A stretch of 64,000 nucleotides of DNA from Camelus ferus (Eukaryota). The notes under the pieces were generated by a model. That model was not told the origin of the DNA and did no database searches. It was given only the letters and a program-made list of their open reading frames with translations. The position numbers were made by a program, and so were the translations under genes. The stretch covers positions 31,000,001-31,064,000 of the forward strand of contig NC_045705.1 of NCBI RefSeq assembly GCF_009834535.1, in the 5' to 3' direction. Below, in pieces: positions 60,091-64,000 of the stretch. The first letter of the stretch is position 1. Each line of letters starts with the position of its first letter.

Positions 60091-61559
60091 TTAAATACTA
60101 TGCTCTGTGGTTTCCCTAATTCTCTGATCTTCTCTGGGCCTTATTTTTTCATCTGTAAAATAAAGTGAGTTTGAAGGGTAGCAATGTACCCAGTGTCTCC
60201 TGCAACTAAACCTGGTCAATGAGGTGTAAGCAGAAGTTACTGGGAAAGAAAAGTGCTTTAAAGGGACTGACTCAGCTGGGAGGCCCACTCTGTTTTGCCT
60301 TCCTTATTCTTTTCCCTTCTCCTAGAATGTATGCATGAAGGCTGGAGCTCCAGTTGCTACTTTGAGCCAGGAGGCAACAATGAAGTGTTCTAAGACACAT
60401 TGTTAGGTAGGTACTCAGGAGTAAGCTGAGAGGAATAGGACCTAAAGACCCTTCCTTCAAGGAGCTGATCATTTAGTGAGAATGGCTGGATGTGGACATA
60501 AAAAACCTTAACAGGTAAAAAGAGATCAGCACCAGGAGAGAGGTGCAAAGTGGTATGAGAGCTCTGGGAGGGAGAAATTCCACCTGGGGGAGTCAGGTAT
60601 CACAGAAGTTACTTCTAAATGATGGTGAGGATTTTACATAGTGCTGATAGAGGAGTGAGGGAGTGGGATCCAGTCAAAGGTAAGAGTGTGAAAAAGGTGT
60701 GGAGGTGCCATAGATGGGCCTGTATGTGGCTCAGTTCAAGGGGAGTTTGTGAAGGAGGCATGACAGGTAAGGTGTGTGGGCCTTAAATGCCGAGCTAAGG
60801 AGCTTGGTTTATCCTGCAGTAGAGAGGAGGGTGCTCAGAACAGGATTTTAAGATTACTCTGGCTACAGAGTGAAAGGCAGGAGACAGAAGCAGCAAGGAG
60901 AGGCAGGGAGATCTCCAAGAAAAGACTCAGAGTGTCCAGATGAATCTGAACTATGCAGGACTAGGAAGAAAGGAAAAGAAAGGGAAGAGATGGATGGAAG
61001 AGAGACGGAGAAGAAATGCAGAGACTGACAGAGAGTGAGCGCACAAGCTCACAATTTAATTAGCTTCCTGGTTTGCCGGAGGATTACAGGGGAATTAGCT
61101 GAGCTCAGAGTCTAGGGACCTTGCTGGGAGTTGAGGGGAAGTTAATGAGAAAGACAACAACATGCCCCAGGGAGAAATGAAAGAGGAGGAATCATCAGCC
61201 AAGCAGAGATGCCGGCAGGAGAAACAGATGTCAGGGTGCTGAGTCCCTGCCTTCCTTGGAGAGTTCAGCCCTCCAGGGGAGTAGACGTTTGGAACTTCTC
61301 GGTTGGGCTCCTGGCCCCACTGCCCCTGATTCCAATCCCTCTGAGCACTTGGTAAACAACCATAATGGGGGAAGTTGGGCGTGGCTGTGAGGATAAATTC
61401 CTGACTCTCTGTTGGCCCCTTTCCCAGAAGGGAACCCCAGGCCTCTTCTGCAGATGGGGAGGTTGAGGGCAGGGATGCAGATGTGGCCTGCTTCTGACCA
61501 GATGTGGCGAATGGCATTTTCCAAAGAGCTGTGACAGCATCTCTCATCCCACCTGCTCT

Positions 61560-62155
61560 TCTGACACTGGACCATGTCACTCCCCTCTAAGAGGAGGACC
61601 TAGATTCGGTCATAAAGGGTGACACTGGTTCAGCCTGGCCCTCTCTTGAAACAGAAACTTGGAAGCTAGCCATTATGATGTGAGAAAGCCCAGGCCACAT
61701 GGAAAGACCACATGCAGATACTGTGGCCAACAGACCCACTCCAGTAAGATTAGATTAGACCAGTTATCTAATTTGCAAGGTCCAGTGCAAAATAAAAATG
61801 CAAGGCCTCTTGTTCAGAAAAGAATTTAGATGGTGATAACAGAGCATCAAACCCAACCTAGAGCCCTTCTAAGCGTGGAACTTTGTGTAGCTGTATAAAT
61901 TGCATCCCATGAAGTGGCCCTGACCCCGGCGGAGGTTCCAGCATAAGGGCTTGCAGTCCGTGTGAGGAAGCCTTCAAGATGACTCTTGGCCCAGTCACTG
62001 TCTGCCTGCAGCTGTACCAGGGACTCTGAAAGGGAACCACCTGGCTCAACCCAGTGCACCTCCGGACCCACAAGGGATAGAACTGAGTGTTGTTGTTTTA
62101 AACCAGGACCTTTTGGGATGCTGCAGCAGTAGATAGTCGGAACCCTGAGGGAGCC
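61560..62155 (+). mobile_element. MaLR LTR (MLT1-like), interrupted by MER45A
   Basis: gaaccacctggctcaacccag...gttgttttaaacca...gcagcagtagatag. Confidence 0.6.
61756..61922 (-). mobile_element. MER45A-like hAT MITE
   Basis: taatttgcaaggtccagtgcaaaataaaaatgc...cccatgaagtggccctg. Confidence 0.7.
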
Positions 62156-62931
62156 AGAACTTGTCAAAATTGGACTGAAGATACAGTACAGTTACTGAGT
62201 TTCTCCCCAAACTGAGGCTTTATCTGACCTATTGCTGCAGGCCCTCTTTGACCGATGTTGGCAGAGGAGATTGGAGGCACAAATACCTCCAGACCCTACC
62301 CATGGACCTCTCATTATGGAAGACGATAAATCCCCTTTTGGTGGAGCCATTTTGTGTTGAGTCCTCTGTTTCCTGCAGTTAAAAGCACTCCGACTTTTAC
62401 GAGTTATTTCCTCTCTCTGGGTCTTGGCTTCTTCATCTACATACTGAGAGGACTTTGCAGTTGAGGGCTTGTAAGTCTCTGGAGGGAAAATATGAAGGAC
62501 ATGGTGACTAGAATGAGAGCGGGCATGAAGGAGCTGGAGGAGTCAAGGTGTTTACTCCACCTCCTGCCCTGGGGCCGGGGAGGACGGGAAGACTGGATTC
62601 AGTCTGGGTCAGATGATGACTGGTCCAGTTTGGGCATTTAGATCACACTTGACTTGGGGGACTTAGTATCATCTCAATTAGGTAAGAAATATAATCACGC
62701 AGGAAAAGACTGGATGGATAAACACCAAAATATTTAGTTATTTATGGTGGGTTCAGGGTTGATATTTATTTTCTCTGGATGTTTTTTATTTCCCAAACTT
62801 TCTATAATGAATATTTATTGCTTTCATTTGAAAAATAATTTAAAATATCAATAAAAACTTTAATTTCTTTCAAGTGTGCCTAAATACATTTTGGAAGTAG
62901 AATATTATAAAAGTGTTATTTTAAATCAGAG

Positions 62932-63058
62932 GGGTGGGGAGGGTAGAGCTCAGTTGTAGAGTACCTGCTTAGCACACACGAGGTCCTGGGTTCAATCCCC
63001 AGTACATCCACTAAGAAATAAATAAACCTAATTGCCTTCCCACCCTCCAAAAAGTAAA
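62932..63058 (+). mobile_element. tRNA-derived SINE (Vic-1-like)
   Basis: Full length; perfect 10-bp TSD TAAATCAGAG at 62922-62931 and 63059-63068. Confidence 0.9.
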
Positions 63059-63089
63059 TAAATCAGAGAAGAAAAGAAACATGATTTAA

Positions 63090-63990
63090 TAAACTGTATG
63101 GGGACAACTAGGCAGCCATCTGGAAAAATTTAAGTTGGATCCATGCATCATATCTTATACCAAAACAAACTCCAAATGGATCACACATTTAAATGTAAGA
63201 ATGAAACCCAAAAAGTACAAAAAGAAATCAAGTAATATTAAAAAAAATTTCAGAGTGAGGAAGACATTTGAAGTATAACATAAAATCCAGAGTTCAAAAA
63301 AAAAATTGGTGGATACATTTTACTATAGCTTAAAAGAAAACATATTTACATGGCAAAACTGCCTGGGACAAAATCAAAAGACAAACTACAAACTGGAAAA
63401 CATATTTATAATTCATATCACAGAGAGAAAATTTCTTTAATATATAAAGAGCTCTAAGAAAAAGACAACTCAGTAGAAAAGGGGTAAAGGATATAAGCAG
63501 TTAATAAAAAAAAAAACAATTGTTAGAATAAGAAAATTACAGTAAGATGCCATCATTTTTTTTTACCTCAGGTTACCAAAGATCAATAGATTTATAACAC
63601 AGTATATTGTCAGGAGATGGAGAAATGGACTTCATACACTGTCAGTGGGACGGTCAACTAGTACCACTGGGCAAGTGGACAATATCTACCACATGCCCTT
63701 CAATTCAGTGATTCTGCTTCTTGAAAAGCTGTTCTTCAGATGCATGCTCACATGTTTGAAATGACATGTTATTTATTCATTGCTACATTGTTTTTAATAG
63801 CAAAACACTGGAAACAATCTGCATGTCCAGCAGTAGAGGTCCCATTCAATAAATTCGGATGCATAGAATACTACCCACCCTCATTTTAGGTACCCATATT
63901 AAATCATCTCTACGATTTACTGTTAAGTAAAAAAACCAAAGTGTACAGTATGCTACCATTTCTGTTAAAAAAAAAAGAAAGTAAGTATTT
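63090..63990 (+). mobile_element. Degenerate old L1 ORF2 / 3' fragment
   Basis: ggacaactaggcagccatctggaaaaa...aaactccaaatggatc...aaaagacaaactacaaactggaaaa. Confidence 0.65.
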
Positions 63991-64000
63991 GCTTTTATCT

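Noticed and set aside
57700-64000. Searched for the next syntenic gene (MTCH2) or another coding exon
   Set aside because: Only LTR, MIR, MER and L1 remnants and short chance ORFs were recognisable

Overview
Mammalian genomic DNA, very probably a camelid: it carries 11 copies of a tRNA-derived SINE matching the camelid Vic-1 family and no ruminant or pig SINEs that I could recognise. Gene order matches human 11p11.2. The window holds CELF1 non-coding exon 1 and about 24.6 kb of its intron 1 (minus strand; coding exons lie left of the window), PTPMT1 (+, 4 exons, 201 aa), KBTBD4 (-, 4 exons, about 535 aa), NDUFS3 (+, 7 exons, about 263 aa, exon 3 hidden in an N-run), FAM180B (+, 3 exons, 179 aa) and C1QTNF4 (-, single coding exon, 327 aa). 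A repeat-rich intergenic tail follows. Most entries in the ORF track are chance ORFs in introns, repeats or CpG islands. I found no clearly new multi-gene system. The best leads are regulatory: (1) a solo class I ERV LTR with seven CCAAT boxes, an octamer, a TATA box and a downstream splice donor, pointing into CELF1; (2) candidate CELF1 5'UTR micro-exons, one ending in an ATG; (3) an in-frame upstream ATG that could add 74 aa to PTPMT1. Nine N-runs (about 1.5 kb) hide sequence; the two that can be checked match orthologue lengths exactly. Comparisons with human proteins and repeat consensi are from memory, not database searches.
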